64,000 bases of DNA, from NCBI GenBank assembly GCA_048940925.1, contig JBHLOC010000003.1:32001-96000 (forward strand), written 5' to 3'. Below are positions 9,912-19,792 of the stretch, piece after piece. Both the position numbers and the translations under genes were made by a program. Below the pieces are notes generated by a model. The model saw only the letters and a program-made list of their open reading frames with translations. It ran no database searches and was not told the origin of the DNA. Each line of letters opens with the position of its first letter. Position 1 is the stretch's first letter. This DNA comes from Promethearchaeota archaeon (GTDB taxonomy: Archaea; Asgardarchaeota; Lokiarchaeia; Sigyniarchaeales; SOKP01).

Positions 9912-11504
9912 ATGAGTAATGAGATGAAAGTACTTGAAGATCTAGCAAAATTAACTGAGAAAGAATTTAATAAGAGAAACTATCTTGTAAAAAATGATTT
10001 TCTTTTTTGCTATTTTGTCGAAGACGAGTCTGTAAAATATCTCGGTATGGATTTAGCAAAACTAAACCTAGAAGAAAGAAACTTTGAACTCGTTGAAGAA
10101 TCTATTAAAAAACTTCAAAGGTTAAAAGGACTCAGCATCAGATATCCTAAAAATAGAGAATTTCCTGACTGGTTCAAAAAGTTTAAGGATATGGAATATT
10201 TAAGTTTGAAGAATACCAATTTGCACACCATACCTGAATGGATTAAAGAATTCAAGAAGATTAGCTATTTAAACTTAGAGTCCAATGATATTACTATTTT
10301 ACCTGAATGGTTAACAACTTTAAATGAGTTAAAAGAATTTCTAATACGAGGCAACTTTAACCTTGAGTGGAATGATAAGAATCTCAATATTCTAAAAACT
10401 CTTAATAATAAAAGTATAAAAATAACTGCTCCAAGGTTATTTCAATTTATAATTCAATATGATTTTGAACAAAACAAAATAGAAATAATTAAAGAACTCG
10501 AAAGGGAAAACTCTGAAAAAGAGAAGCAACATTATTATGTTAATCCTATTAACATTAAAATAGAACATGGAAATGTTGTTGAATGGCGAATGTTTCAATA
10601 CAACATTAAAGCTTTACCGGAAAACTTCGGAATCTTTAAAAATCTAAGATCCTTAACGATTTCCGGCACACCTATCGAATATTTACCTAATTCTTTCGGG
10701 GATTTAACAAATCTTAAGTTTCTTGATTTGTCTAATAATCGTCTTAAATCTCTGCCAGATTCATTTTCTAATTTAACCTTAATTACTAAATTAAATTTAA
10801 GCAATAATCAATTTACTGAGATTCCTACGGCTTTATGGGCTCTTAAAGAATTAACTGAATTGAATTTAAGTAACAATCCCCTTGGTACTGAGGAAAAAAA
10901 TATTATACAGAAAGTTCCTGATTTAATCAGAGAATATCTTAGAAAGAAAGCCACGATAAAAATTTTTATCTCTCATGCAGTTGTAGATTATGAACCCTAT
11001 CGCATAGGAGAGCTTGTAGAATATCTTAAAAAACAAAAAGAAATCTCAGAGGTCTTTTTTTGTGAAGAAGACCTTGCAGGAAATATCGATGAATGGATGT
11101 TGGATACAGTACAAAAATGCCAACTATTATTATTCATTGCAACAAAAAAGTCAGTGTTTGACTCAGAAGATTGTTCAAATGAATTACAGCTTGCCGACAA
11201 GTTCTCTATTCCAGTTATTCCTATAAAAGGTTATAATGTAGATTGGTCAGATTTAGCAGAAAGAAATCTTTCTCGTGAATTAGGCTTAGTATTTAATAAA
11301 GATAATTTTGATGCGTTTTGTGAGGATTTGTATAGATACATTGAGAATTTCAAGCGTGAGATTGATTTAATGGGGAAAGAAGAACGGAGACAAGGAATTA
11401 TTGACATCTATGAACGATTTCGATTAATTTTAGATGAAGCTCTAGGAGAAATCAACAGAAAATTAAATACACTGGAAGAAAGAATTACAAAACTAGAAAG
11501 ATAA
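9912..11504 (+). CDS. Leucine-rich repeat + TIR domain protein
   Basis: Multiple LxxLxLxxNxL repeats; TIR box IFISHA ... SEDCSNELQLA ... IPVIPI; C-terminal coiled coil. Confidence 0.88.
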   Translation: MSNEMKVLEDLAKLTEKEFNKRNYLVKNDFLFCYFVEDESVKYLGMDLAKLNLEERNFELVEESIKKLQRLKGLSIRYPKNREFPDWFKKFKDMEYLSLKNTNLHTIPEWIKEFKKISYLNLESNDITILPEWLTTLNELKEFLIRGNFNLEWNDKNLNILKTLNNKSIKITAPRLFQFIIQYDFEQNKIEIIKELERENSEKEKQHYYVNPINIKIEHGNVVEWRMFQYNIKALPENFGIFKNLRSLTISGTPIEYLPNSFGDLTNLKFLDLSNNRLKSLPDSFSNLTLITKLNLSNNQFTEIPTALWALKELTELNLSNNPLGTEEKNIIQKVPDLIREYLRKKATIKIFISHAVVDYEPYRIGELVEYLKKQKEISEVFFCEEDLAGNIDEWMLDTVQKCQLLLFIATKKSVFDSEDCSNELQLADKFSIPVIPIKGYNVDWSDLAERNLSRELGLVFNKDNFDAFCEDLYRYIENFKREIDLMGKEERRQGIIDIYERFRLILDEALGEINRKLNTLEERITKLER

Positions 11505-11560
11505 TATAGTTAATTTCAAATAAAAACTTTATTTTATACTTAGCCTGAAAAATTGATTCT

Positions 11561-13636
11561 TTATAATTGTATGGATAAATTGCTAATTTTCTTTCTAATT
11601 TCAGTTTTATCTTTAATAATTTTCTTGATATAGTCTGAAATTTCTATTCTTTTATTAATATCAGTGGGGATTGGCAATATCACTTTCATTATACGATTTC
11701 CTATAGTAGCAATTGTCCCTTGAATGAAAGTGATTGCCAGAATCTGTTTTTGAACAATATCCAAATTCAAGAGGTATAAAAGAAGGTAAGAATCAATATA
11801 TTCTTTATTCTCTAATACTTTTATTTGGAAAATATGGCTTTGAGTTATTATTTTTGTATCTAATTCGGTAATATAAGCTGTTTTCCCTATTAAATTAGGA
11901 CCTCCATCTTTAACTAATAGGATGTCCCCAACTTCTATATTTTGCTTATTCTTATATTGTTCATATACTTCTTCACTCGTTTTTTTGTATGAATCTAAGT
12001 TTATTTCCCAGTTATTAATTTCACTCGTTCGAATGAAAGGGATTTTTCCAAGACCATAAAGGTGAGAACCAATTTCATCCCCTCGAGGAAGATATCCTCC
12101 TTTATTAGTATAGATGATTTTCTTTTCAACTAAATCTTTAATAGTTACTAGTTCAAACTCTTTATTATTTGAAAGTGTCTTTAAAGTCTTTTCCACTCCA
12201 GTATAGTACATTGGTATGAAAATTTTATTGTTAATCTCCCTATACTTTATCTTAAATACTTTTTGCTCTTTTGAATAATCAAATTCTTCAGCTTCCTCTA
12301 ACTTTAAATGTAAATCTATTAAATCATCATTAACAATTGGTTTTCCTTCATTATCCAATAGTTTACTTCCATCATTATTTAGTTTATATAGAAGCTTTCC
12401 GTCTTTATCATGTCCTACATTTTCAACTATAGCAAAATCTATAGTATAATCATTTGGGATATCTTTTAACTTCTGAAAAAACAGGATACTTGTTTTATTG
12501 CATGTATATGGTTGAAAAGTATTTTGATCTAATGAAATAATTCCTAATATTTTACCATTTGAGACTAAATATTCCCAAATATAACGTTCAGAAGGATTTC
12601 CAAAAATTCCTTCTGGTAAGACAATGCCTAATTTACCATTATTTTTAAGAAGTTGAATGCATCTTTCAATAAATAACACTTGAGGGGGCTGTTGTTTGAC
12701 CAATTTCTCTTGCATTTCCCATTTATTATTAATATCTCTCCAGGTGTGACCTAATTTATAATTTTTAAGGATTTCTTTATCATTTAAGGGAATCTTTGCT
12801 CCAAAAGGAGGATTAGTAAAAATAAATTCAAATGAATTATCTTGAATGGCTTGTTTTGCTTTAACTCTATAACTTTCCGGATCTAAGGAGTCCTCACAAA
12901 AAATATTTGACTTACCTCCACTTAATACGTCCAAGTATAATTTAGCAATTTTTGAGAGAAATAAATCTTTATCTATACCATATAGATTCCTGATAATCTT
13001 AAGTTTGCTTTCTTCAGAATCTAATTTTGACCATAAATGATCTTGAGCTTCAAGCAAGAATCCTCCATGCCCACATGCAGGATCCAAAATTCTTGAATTA
13101 AGTTCAGGATTTAAATAATTTACCATAAATTTTACAACATTTGGAGGAGTAAAAAATTGACCTCCTTCATCTTTTAATATTTTACTTACAAAAATCTCAA
13201 AAGCATCACTTAAAATATCTTTAGATGATTGAAGGAGAGAAATGTGTTGTAATTCTTTTACTATTAAATAAACAAGGTCTTGATTTAAGTTGATTTGGTC
13301 ATTATTATCAAAAAACTCATAATATTTTTTTCTAACTTTTACTTCAAAAAAAGAATTTATTCTTTCAAAAAAATCAGTTTTCTGTTCTCCATCTTTTATA
13401 CAAAATTCTACCTCTTCGTAAGGTTTTTTACCAATTTCATCAACCAACTTGCAAAGCAAAAGATTAATCATTTGCTTTGAACGTGTTCTTGTGTCAGTAT
13501 CAGTATATTTCAGTTTACCATATAAGTGTTGATTTATTAAGTTGAATATTTTTTTTAAATTAGTTGATGGTACTAAATCTTTTTTCTTTAATCCTTTAGA
13601 TTTCTTCTCTACAAAATCAGTAATTTTAATTGGCAT
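11561..13636 (-). CDS. N6-adenine DNA methyltransferase (HsdM-like) fused to one target-recognition (HsdS-like) domain
   Basis: GQFFTP, ILDPACGHGGFL, NPPF, GIVLPEG; C-terminal IPFIRTSEI...GDILLVKDG...IGKTA TRD pattern. Confidence 0.9.
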   Translation of the reverse strand: MPIKITDFVEKKSKGLKKKDLVPSTNLKKIFNLINQHLYGKLKYTDTDTRTRSKQMINLLLCKLVDEIGKKPYEEVEFCIKDGEQKTDFFERINSFFEVKVRKKYYEFFDNNDQINLNQDLVYLIVKELQHISLLQSSKDILSDAFEIFVSKILKDEGGQFFTPPNVVKFMVNYLNPELNSRILDPACGHGGFLLEAQDHLWSKLDSEESKLKIIRNLYGIDKDLFLSKIAKLYLDVLSGGKSNIFCEDSLDPESYRVKAKQAIQDNSFEFIFTNPPFGAKIPLNDKEILKNYKLGHTWRDINNKWEMQEKLVKQQPPQVLFIERCIQLLKNNGKLGIVLPEGIFGNPSERYIWEYLVSNGKILGIISLDQNTFQPYTCNKTSILFFQKLKDIPNDYTIDFAIVENVGHDKDGKLLYKLNNDGSKLLDNEGKPIVNDDLIDLHLKLEEAEEFDYSKEQKVFKIKYREINNKIFIPMYYTGVEKTLKTLSNNKEFELVTIKDLVEKKIIYTNKGGYLPRGDEIGSHLYGLGKIPFIRTSEINNWEINLDSYKKTSEEVYEQYKNKQNIEVGDILLVKDGGPNLIGKTAYITELDTKIITQSHIFQIKVLENKEYIDSYLLLYLLNLDIVQKQILAITFIQGTIATIGNRIMKVILPIPTDINKRIEISDYIKKIIKDKTEIRKKISNLSIQL

Positions 13637-13747
13637 TTGATATGAATTTTAAGTGTAAACCTTTCATTCAACTTTTATATCTCTATTATTCATTAATATT
13701 GAATGAATTTATTATTCTTTTTTATTAAGTAAAAATTAAGGTTAATT

Positions 13748-14533
13748 ATGTCTTCAAATCATTTAGAATTTGGTGAATATATAGAATTTTACATAAAGAA
13801 ACGTTTTGGAATTATAAACTTAAACAGAGTTCATAGATCTAATGCATTTACTATTGAACAATTAGAAAATTTAAAGAAAGCCGTAGAATATTGCCAGAAA
13901 AATGAAAAAATTAGAGGTTTGATTTTAACAAATAATGGGAATTCTTTTAGTACAGGAATAGATATAGGAGCTATTAATGGAAGTGATCACGATGCTGTAA
14001 AATATTTAGAATCAACTGCAGCAACCATCTGTAAATTATTATATAATGGCAAACCAGCCATATGCGCAATTAATGGAAGAACAATGGGAGAAGGAGTAGT
14101 TTTTGCGATTTCTTGTGATTATCGAATTGCTACGAAAGGAAGCTTTTTCCAAATGCCAGAAATCTATTCAGGAATTTTTACTGGTACTGGATGTATAATT
14201 CTCTTTTCAAAAATAATCGGAATTTCGTGGACAAAAAAAATGTGTATGTTTGGTGAGAAAGTAAGTTCCCAGAAGGCGTTAAAAATAGGTTTAATTGATC
14301 AAATTGTCGAAAATAAAACTGAAGCAATGGAAATAGCCTTGGAAAAAGCAAGATTTCTCTTTACAAAAAATCAGACTGTTTTAAATGCTATCAAATTATG
14401 TAGTAATCATTTACATGATAGATCTTTTTATAATGCTTATGAGTTAGAAAAAAAAGGTTCTGCTTGGTATGAATATGAAGATCCCGAAGCACTCCTTAAA
14501 ATGTTTAGAGAAAACTTTAATTGGAACACATGA
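13748..14533 (+). CDS. Enoyl-CoA hydratase/isomerase (crotonase) family
   Basis: FSTGIDI, KPAICAING, CDYRIA, MPEIYSG. Confidence 0.9.
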   Translation: MSSNHLEFGEYIEFYIKKRFGIINLNRVHRSNAFTIEQLENLKKAVEYCQKNEKIRGLILTNNGNSFSTGIDIGAINGSDHDAVKYLESTAATICKLLYNGKPAICAINGRTMGEGVVFAISCDYRIATKGSFFQMPEIYSGIFTGTGCIILFSKIIGISWTKKMCMFGEKVSSQKALKIGLIDQIVENKTEAMEIALEKARFLFTKNQTVLNAIKLCSNHLHDRSFYNAYELEKKGSAWYEYEDPEALLKMFRENFNWNT

Positions 14534-14582
14534 TAAATTTAATTGCTTTGGATTAATTTTTTTTTTATTCCAATAAAAAAAC

Positions 14583-16283
14583 ATGAAGATGAATGAAATG
14601 TCTTGGGAAGAATATAATCAATATCCTCATACAATTGTAGGTGTTATTGAAAAATGGGCGAAAGAACGACCTAATAAAATTGCTATAATCATATATGATA
14701 CTGAAAAAAAATATACATTTATAGATTTTAATAATGCTATTACTGCTATGGCATTTAAATTATATAATATGGGTTTCAGAAAGGGTGATATCATTACTAC
14801 TTCCCTCCCATTTTTGTACGAACATATTGTCTTAGGATATGCTTGTGCAAAACTTGGAGTTATGTGGACACCATTTGATTTACGCTTAAAACCTCCAGAA
14901 ATAATGAGAAATTTAAGTTTGCTAAAAGAAAAATGCAAAATGTTTTGTCATCTTGGAAAAACTTCACTAGCAAATTTTGGATTAATAGGAGCCGCTGTAA
15001 AAAAGAATAATCCGTGGTTAGAATATGTTGTCCAATTTAGCACGCCTGATGATAAATATAGAGCGGGGATCATTCCTGCATATCAAATAGCTAAAGAAGC
15101 TCAAGATGAGATTCTAGACGCAATGAAAAATCCTGATTTAATGAAACCATTTATGGAAGAGTGTGCGAAAGTAGGAAAAGATGATCCCATTATGATTATC
15201 TTTACTACAGGATCTACAGGATATCCAAAACCTGCTATGTTAACTAATAAAAGTATTACTTGTCAAAATATGTGTCTTTCAAAAGGTTTTAATGTTGATG
15301 AAAATGACAAAATGCTAGTTAATCTCCCTCCTTCTCATGTAGGTGGGACCACTGAACAATTTATGACTCCTATGTTTATTGGGGGTACATGTGTTGTTTT
15401 ACATATTTTTGATGCTGAAAAAACACTAGATGCTATTCAGAAGTATAAAGTAACTACGTTTGGTCAGATACCGGCAATGTTCGTCATGCAATGGAGGTTA
15501 CCTAATTACAATGATTATGATTTAAGTTCCTTAAAATTTGCTTTGTATGGAGGTCAAGCAGTAGATAGACCATTCTTAGAAAGGTTATCAAGTATGGCTC
15601 CTAAATTTGGTAGTGGGTTTGGGTTGACAGAAAGTTCTGGTTTCTGCACATTCACACCATTAGATGGAACTGTTGATGATATTCTAGCAGGTATTGGAGA
15701 AGATTATCCAATTTACCCGATGAGCATCAGAAAACCCATGAAAGAAGATAATTCATCTGGAGATGAAGTACCTGATGGAGAAATTGGTGAAATATGTTTT
15801 CAAGGTCCTCAAAATTTCTTAGGATATTTTGGAAATGAACAAGCTACACGAGAAACTTTATCAAATGATGGAGTTCTTTATACTGGAGATATGGGTTATA
15901 AAGATGATAAAGGATTGCATTTATCTGGAAGAAGGAAATACTTAATTAAGCCAAAAGGCTTTCAAGTTTTTCCACCGGAAGTTGAAGCTTTTATAGCTGA
16001 AATTCCACAAGTCGAATTTGTAGGAGTTATTGGGGAAAAACATGAAGTTTTCACAGAAGGGATTGTAGCTTATATTAAAGTTAGAGAAGGTCAAATACTA
16101 ACCCAGGAAGAGGTTTATGAGCATTGTAAAGGTATAGCGGCATATAAGAGGCCGTCTTTAGTAGTGTTTTTGGATGAATTCCCATTAAATAGAGTTGCAA
16201 AAACTGATTATGTTGCATTGAAAGACCGCGTAGAAAAAGATATTGAAGAAGCTAGGGCTAAGGGTGGCTGGGATGCATCATAA
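14583..16283 (+). CDS. Acyl-CoA synthetase (class I adenylate-forming enzyme)
   Basis: FTTGSTGYPKP, GFGLTE, YTGDMG, GRRKYLIK. Confidence 0.9.
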   Translation: MKMNEMSWEEYNQYPHTIVGVIEKWAKERPNKIAIIIYDTEKKYTFIDFNNAITAMAFKLYNMGFRKGDIITTSLPFLYEHIVLGYACAKLGVMWTPFDLRLKPPEIMRNLSLLKEKCKMFCHLGKTSLANFGLIGAAVKKNNPWLEYVVQFSTPDDKYRAGIIPAYQIAKEAQDEILDAMKNPDLMKPFMEECAKVGKDDPIMIIFTTGSTGYPKPAMLTNKSITCQNMCLSKGFNVDENDKMLVNLPPSHVGGTTEQFMTPMFIGGTCVVLHIFDAEKTLDAIQKYKVTTFGQIPAMFVMQWRLPNYNDYDLSSLKFALYGGQAVDRPFLERLSSMAPKFGSGFGLTESSGFCTFTPLDGTVDDILAGIGEDYPIYPMSIRKPMKEDNSSGDEVPDGEIGEICFQGPQNFLGYFGNEQATRETLSNDGVLYTGDMGYKDDKGLHLSGRRKYLIKPKGFQVFPPEVEAFIAEIPQVEFVGVIGEKHEVFTEGIVAYIKVREGQILTQEEVYEHCKGIAAYKRPSLVVFLDEFPLNRVAKTDYVALKDRVEKDIEEARAKGGWDAS

Positions 16284-16502
16284 TGTATAAATTCTTGATT
16301 TTAATTTATATTAGAACTATTCTTATGTAAAAGAAATTTCTAAATAATTCTTTGAAATTGCGAAATCTTAAAATCTAAATGTTGTTTATAAAACTTAGTT
16401 ATCAATTGATAATAGACCTAATACAAATAACATAAAAGAAGAACAAGGGATTTAAGCCCCTAATAAGAAAAAATATTTAAAACGCAGATAAGGTGAAGAA
16501 AA

Positions 16503-16787
16503 TTGCCTAAAGAAGATGATTCAAAAGTTTTTATTGGTAGAAAGAAGACGATGAGCTATGTTATGGCTGCTATGGTTGTTCTAAATGAAAAACCAGTCAG
16601 ATTATTAGCGCGTGGTCGTTCAATTTCACGAGCAGTTGATGTTGCAGAGATATTGATAAATAAATTTATCAATGGAAGTACTTATGGAGAAATTTTGATT
16701 GGAACTGAAACTGTGACTAATCAAGATGGAAGTACAAGTAATGTTTCCTCCATTGAGATTGAAATTCTTCCACCAAAGAAGAAATAA
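16503..16787 (+). CDS. albA: DNA/RNA-binding protein Alba
   Basis: VFIGRKKTMSYV, LARGRSISRAVDVAE, NVSSIEI; SD AGGTGA, TTG start. Confidence 0.95.
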   Translation: MPKEDDSKVFIGRKKTMSYVMAAMVVLNEKPVRLLARGRSISRAVDVAEILINKFINGSTYGEILIGTETVTNQDGSTSNVSSIEIEILPPKKK

Positions 16788-16810
16788 AAGAAAAATCTAA
16801 AAAAATACAG

Positions 16811-16846
16811 GAGAAAATCAGGAGACTTTCTCGTATCTTTTTTTTC
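16811..16846 (+). terminator. Hairpin/T-tract after albA
   Basis: GAGAAA-N10-TTTCTC then T-run, between convergent genes. Confidence 0.4.
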
Positions 16847-16868
16847 ATATTATTTTTAAAAAGTTTTA

Positions 16869-17741
16869 TTATTTAGATATGAATTTGTAATGGTTTTCAT
16901 CTATAATTGGACGATAACCTACTTTTTGGTATATGCTGTTTGAAGTAGGATTACTTAAATCTGTAAAAAGAAAGCAATATTTGTTTCCTTCTTCTAAGAG
17001 TTTTTTACTTAATTTTGCAACGCATTCAGTTGCATATCCTCTTCTTCTCAAGGAGGGGGGCGTATATACTAGATTAATAGCATTTCCATTAGGTGTTTTA
17101 CCAGCTTTCCTTGCCATTGAAACAGGTTTATCATTATCAAAGAGTAAAAAGATTTTACTCGTCTCATTCTCAAATTCAACCTTGAAATTACTAATATTTC
17201 GATTTACTTCTTCTTCAGTGATATCAATTAAAGCTTCAGTTAACATTTCTTTCGCCCATTTAAGTACTAGTGATTGATAACGTTTGGTGGCAACAGAAAA
17301 TTGCCTATCTCCAATTGTTTCTTCTGAGACTTTTACTAATTCATAAATTCTTTCTTTTCTTAACAACTGTGATTTTAAAGAATTTTTTTTACACCATAAT
17401 TTCATAAATTTATCTGCTGCTTCGCTGAAGCTTAAAACTCCAGGTAACTTTTCATTTGCTTTTTTAAGTCCTTCTACTAATATATCAATACACTCAATCT
17501 TATCCGTATAAGATATGAGGAGATCATGAGGAGGTGTTCTTAGAGCTATTAAATTTATCCTATTACCTTCCATTATTGTAATTAAACGGGGATGCTCATC
17601 TCCATATCTATGAAAATTCTCCTTTAGAGAATTAAGAATTGATAAGAGAAGTCCATTTTCAACCTCTCGTTTAAGTAAGAAAGGAGTAGCTAAATCGTAA
17701 AAAGTATTTATATCATTGTAAAAACTTGCTTCCATATTCAT
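16869..17741 (-). CDS. GNAT acetyltransferase (FR47-like C-terminal domain)
   Basis: VYTPPSLRRRGYA; LFTDLSNPTSNSIYQKVGY. Confidence 0.9.
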   Translation of the reverse strand: MNMEASFYNDINTFYDLATPFLLKREVENGLLLSILNSLKENFHRYGDEHPRLITIMEGNRINLIALRTPPHDLLISYTDKIECIDILVEGLKKANEKLPGVLSFSEAADKFMKLWCKKNSLKSQLLRKERIYELVKVSEETIGDRQFSVATKRYQSLVLKWAKEMLTEALIDITEEEVNRNISNFKVEFENETSKIFLLFDNDKPVSMARKAGKTPNGNAINLVYTPPSLRRRGYATECVAKLSKKLLEEGNKYCFLFTDLSNPTSNSIYQKVGYRPIIDENHYKFISK

Positions 17742-17795
17742 TTAAGAAGATATTGTATTTAAAAAAGCTTCTTATTAGGATGTCATATTTTAACT

Positions 17796-18095
17796 TTAAA
17801 GATCTTGTTTTAAGGCTTCTAGTTTCCTGACAACCTCATCAATATTTGATTTGGTAGCAGATTTATTGCTTAATTTGTTAACTAAATTGATGAAATCTTT
17901 GATTATTGGATGCTCAATTATATTACATTTTTGATTCATGGTGTTCACCTCTAAAATAAGAGCAGATTCAAGTATTTCTCCCATCCCTATGACATCTTTG
18001 AGAATTAATTCGTTTTCTTCATTGTAAGATAAGATGACAATATCTTCTAATATCTGAGACCCATCATTTTTCCTAATTATCTTAAATTCACACAT
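17796..18095 (-). CDS. cooT: CooT-family nickel-binding protein
   Basis: N-terminal MC, ILEDIV, LKDVIG, C-terminal helical extension; SD GAGGAG; cdhBC nearby. Confidence 0.7.
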   Translation of the reverse strand: MCEFKIIRKNDGSQILEDIVILSYNEENELILKDVIGMGEILESALILEVNTMNQKCNIIEHPIIKDFINLVNKLSNKSATKSNIDEVVRKLEALKQDL

Positions 18096-18220
18096 TTAAT
18101 GTTCTCCTCTTAATTAGTAAAAAAATTTCTAATACAATATAAAAAATAATGTATTTATATTAAATTTTCATTCATTTTATCAGAAATCTAAATTAAAAAT
18201 GAATCACTAACTTAAATGAC

Positions 18221-19684
18221 GTGATTATGTTAGATGTGAAAAAAGAAGAAATCTATTTTATGTCTGCTTATGAAATGGTGGATAAAATAAAAAGCCAAGA
18301 ATTGACTTCAGAAGAAATAACTGAAATAATCATAGAGAGAATAGAAAAAATTAATCCAATAATCAATGCTTATTGCACTCCTACCTTTGAACTAGCTCGA
18401 GAAACAGCTAAAAACGCAGATAAGGCTGTAAAAGAGGGAAATAAATTAGGATTATTACATGGGATACCCACTTCTATAAAGGATGAGACAGACACCAAGG
18501 GGATTAGAACCACTTATGGTAGTTATTTGTTCGAGAACAATGTCCCGAGGGAGGATGAAGCTGTAGTTAAAAGACTAAGGGATGCTGGTATTGTACTTTT
18601 GGGTAAAACTAATACACCTGCGTTTGGGTATAAAGGAGAAACAGATAACTTGATTTTCGGAGTTACTAAAAATCCTTGGAATTTGGAAAGAACCACGGGA
18701 GGGTCTAGTGGTGGTGCTGCCAGTGCTGTGGTTTCAGGATTAGGTCCCATCGGTATAGGATCCGATGGAGGTGGATCAATTAGGATTCCTAGTTGTTTTT
18801 GTGGGCTATATGGTCTTAAATCCACTTTTGGACGAGTTCCCCAGAGTACTATGAAATTAATGGGGTATCTTGGTACATTTACTCATAAAGGGCTTCTTGT
18901 ACGATATGTAAAAGACGCTGCCTTGGTATTGGATGTAATAGCAGGTCAAGATGATTCTGATAGGTATTCTGTTCCGAGACCAAATTATAGCTATGTAGAA
19001 AAGCTTGATGAGAAACCGACTAAACTCAAAATAGGATACTCGTTAGACTTAGGTTTCGCAGAAGCTCTTGATCCCGAGGTAGAGAAATCGGTTCTAAATG
19101 GAATTCAAAAATTTGAAGAATTCAGTTGGTCTATAGGAAAAATTAGAATAAGATTGAGGAATCCTGAATCAACTTTTTTAACTATCTGGAGCGCAGGATT
19201 TGCTTATACTCTTGGACCCTATTTGGAGACTGCAAAAGAGAAAATGGATCCTGGTCTTGTGGATTTGATTAATCTTGGTTTTACATTTTCTACAAAGGAA
19301 ATAAAGATAGCAGAAATTCAAAGAGAAACGATTTATGAAGAGATTTGTAAGATATTTAAAAAGGTTGATATTTTAATAACTCCAACAGTAGCATGTCCTG
19401 CTTTTGAACTTGGTAAATCAGAAGTAATAGACGAGGAAACTATGAAAACAGGCATTATTGTGAATGGAAAGAATATGACTATAGCAGGATGGTTCCCTTT
19501 TACTTATCCCTTCAATGCTAGCGGTCATCCAGCAGCCACGATTCCATGTGGGTGGTCAAAAAATGGTTTACCTATTGGAATGCAAATTGTGGGAAAAAGA
19601 TTTGATGAATTGACTGTTCTTCAGGTTTCAAAAGCATTTGAAGATATAGCCCCCTGGCAAGATAAAAAACCAATGTTTAACTAG
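18221..19684 (+). CDS. Amidase signature family enzyme (paralog 1)
   Basis: HGIPTSIKD, GKTNTP, GGSSGG, GSDGGGSIRIP. Confidence 0.92.
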   Translation: MIMLDVKKEEIYFMSAYEMVDKIKSQELTSEEITEIIIERIEKINPIINAYCTPTFELARETAKNADKAVKEGNKLGLLHGIPTSIKDETDTKGIRTTYGSYLFENNVPREDEAVVKRLRDAGIVLLGKTNTPAFGYKGETDNLIFGVTKNPWNLERTTGGSSGGAASAVVSGLGPIGIGSDGGGSIRIPSCFCGLYGLKSTFGRVPQSTMKLMGYLGTFTHKGLLVRYVKDAALVLDVIAGQDDSDRYSVPRPNYSYVEKLDEKPTKLKIGYSLDLGFAEALDPEVEKSVLNGIQKFEEFSWSIGKIRIRLRNPESTFLTIWSAGFAYTLGPYLETAKEKMDPGLVDLINLGFTFSTKEIKIAEIQRETIYEEICKIFKKVDILITPTVACPAFELGKSEVIDEETMKTGIIVNGKNMTIAGWFPFTYPFNASGHPAATIPCGWSKNGLPIGMQIVGKRFDELTVLQVSKAFEDIAPWQDKKPMFN

Positions 19685-19792
19685 ATTTTTTTTAATCTAT
19701 AATTCTAAATTAAGAGAGAAGAAACAGCTTTTAAAGAATATTAATTTTAGGATCTATATAACCTTAAAATTATTTTTATCAAGGTTTAAAAA

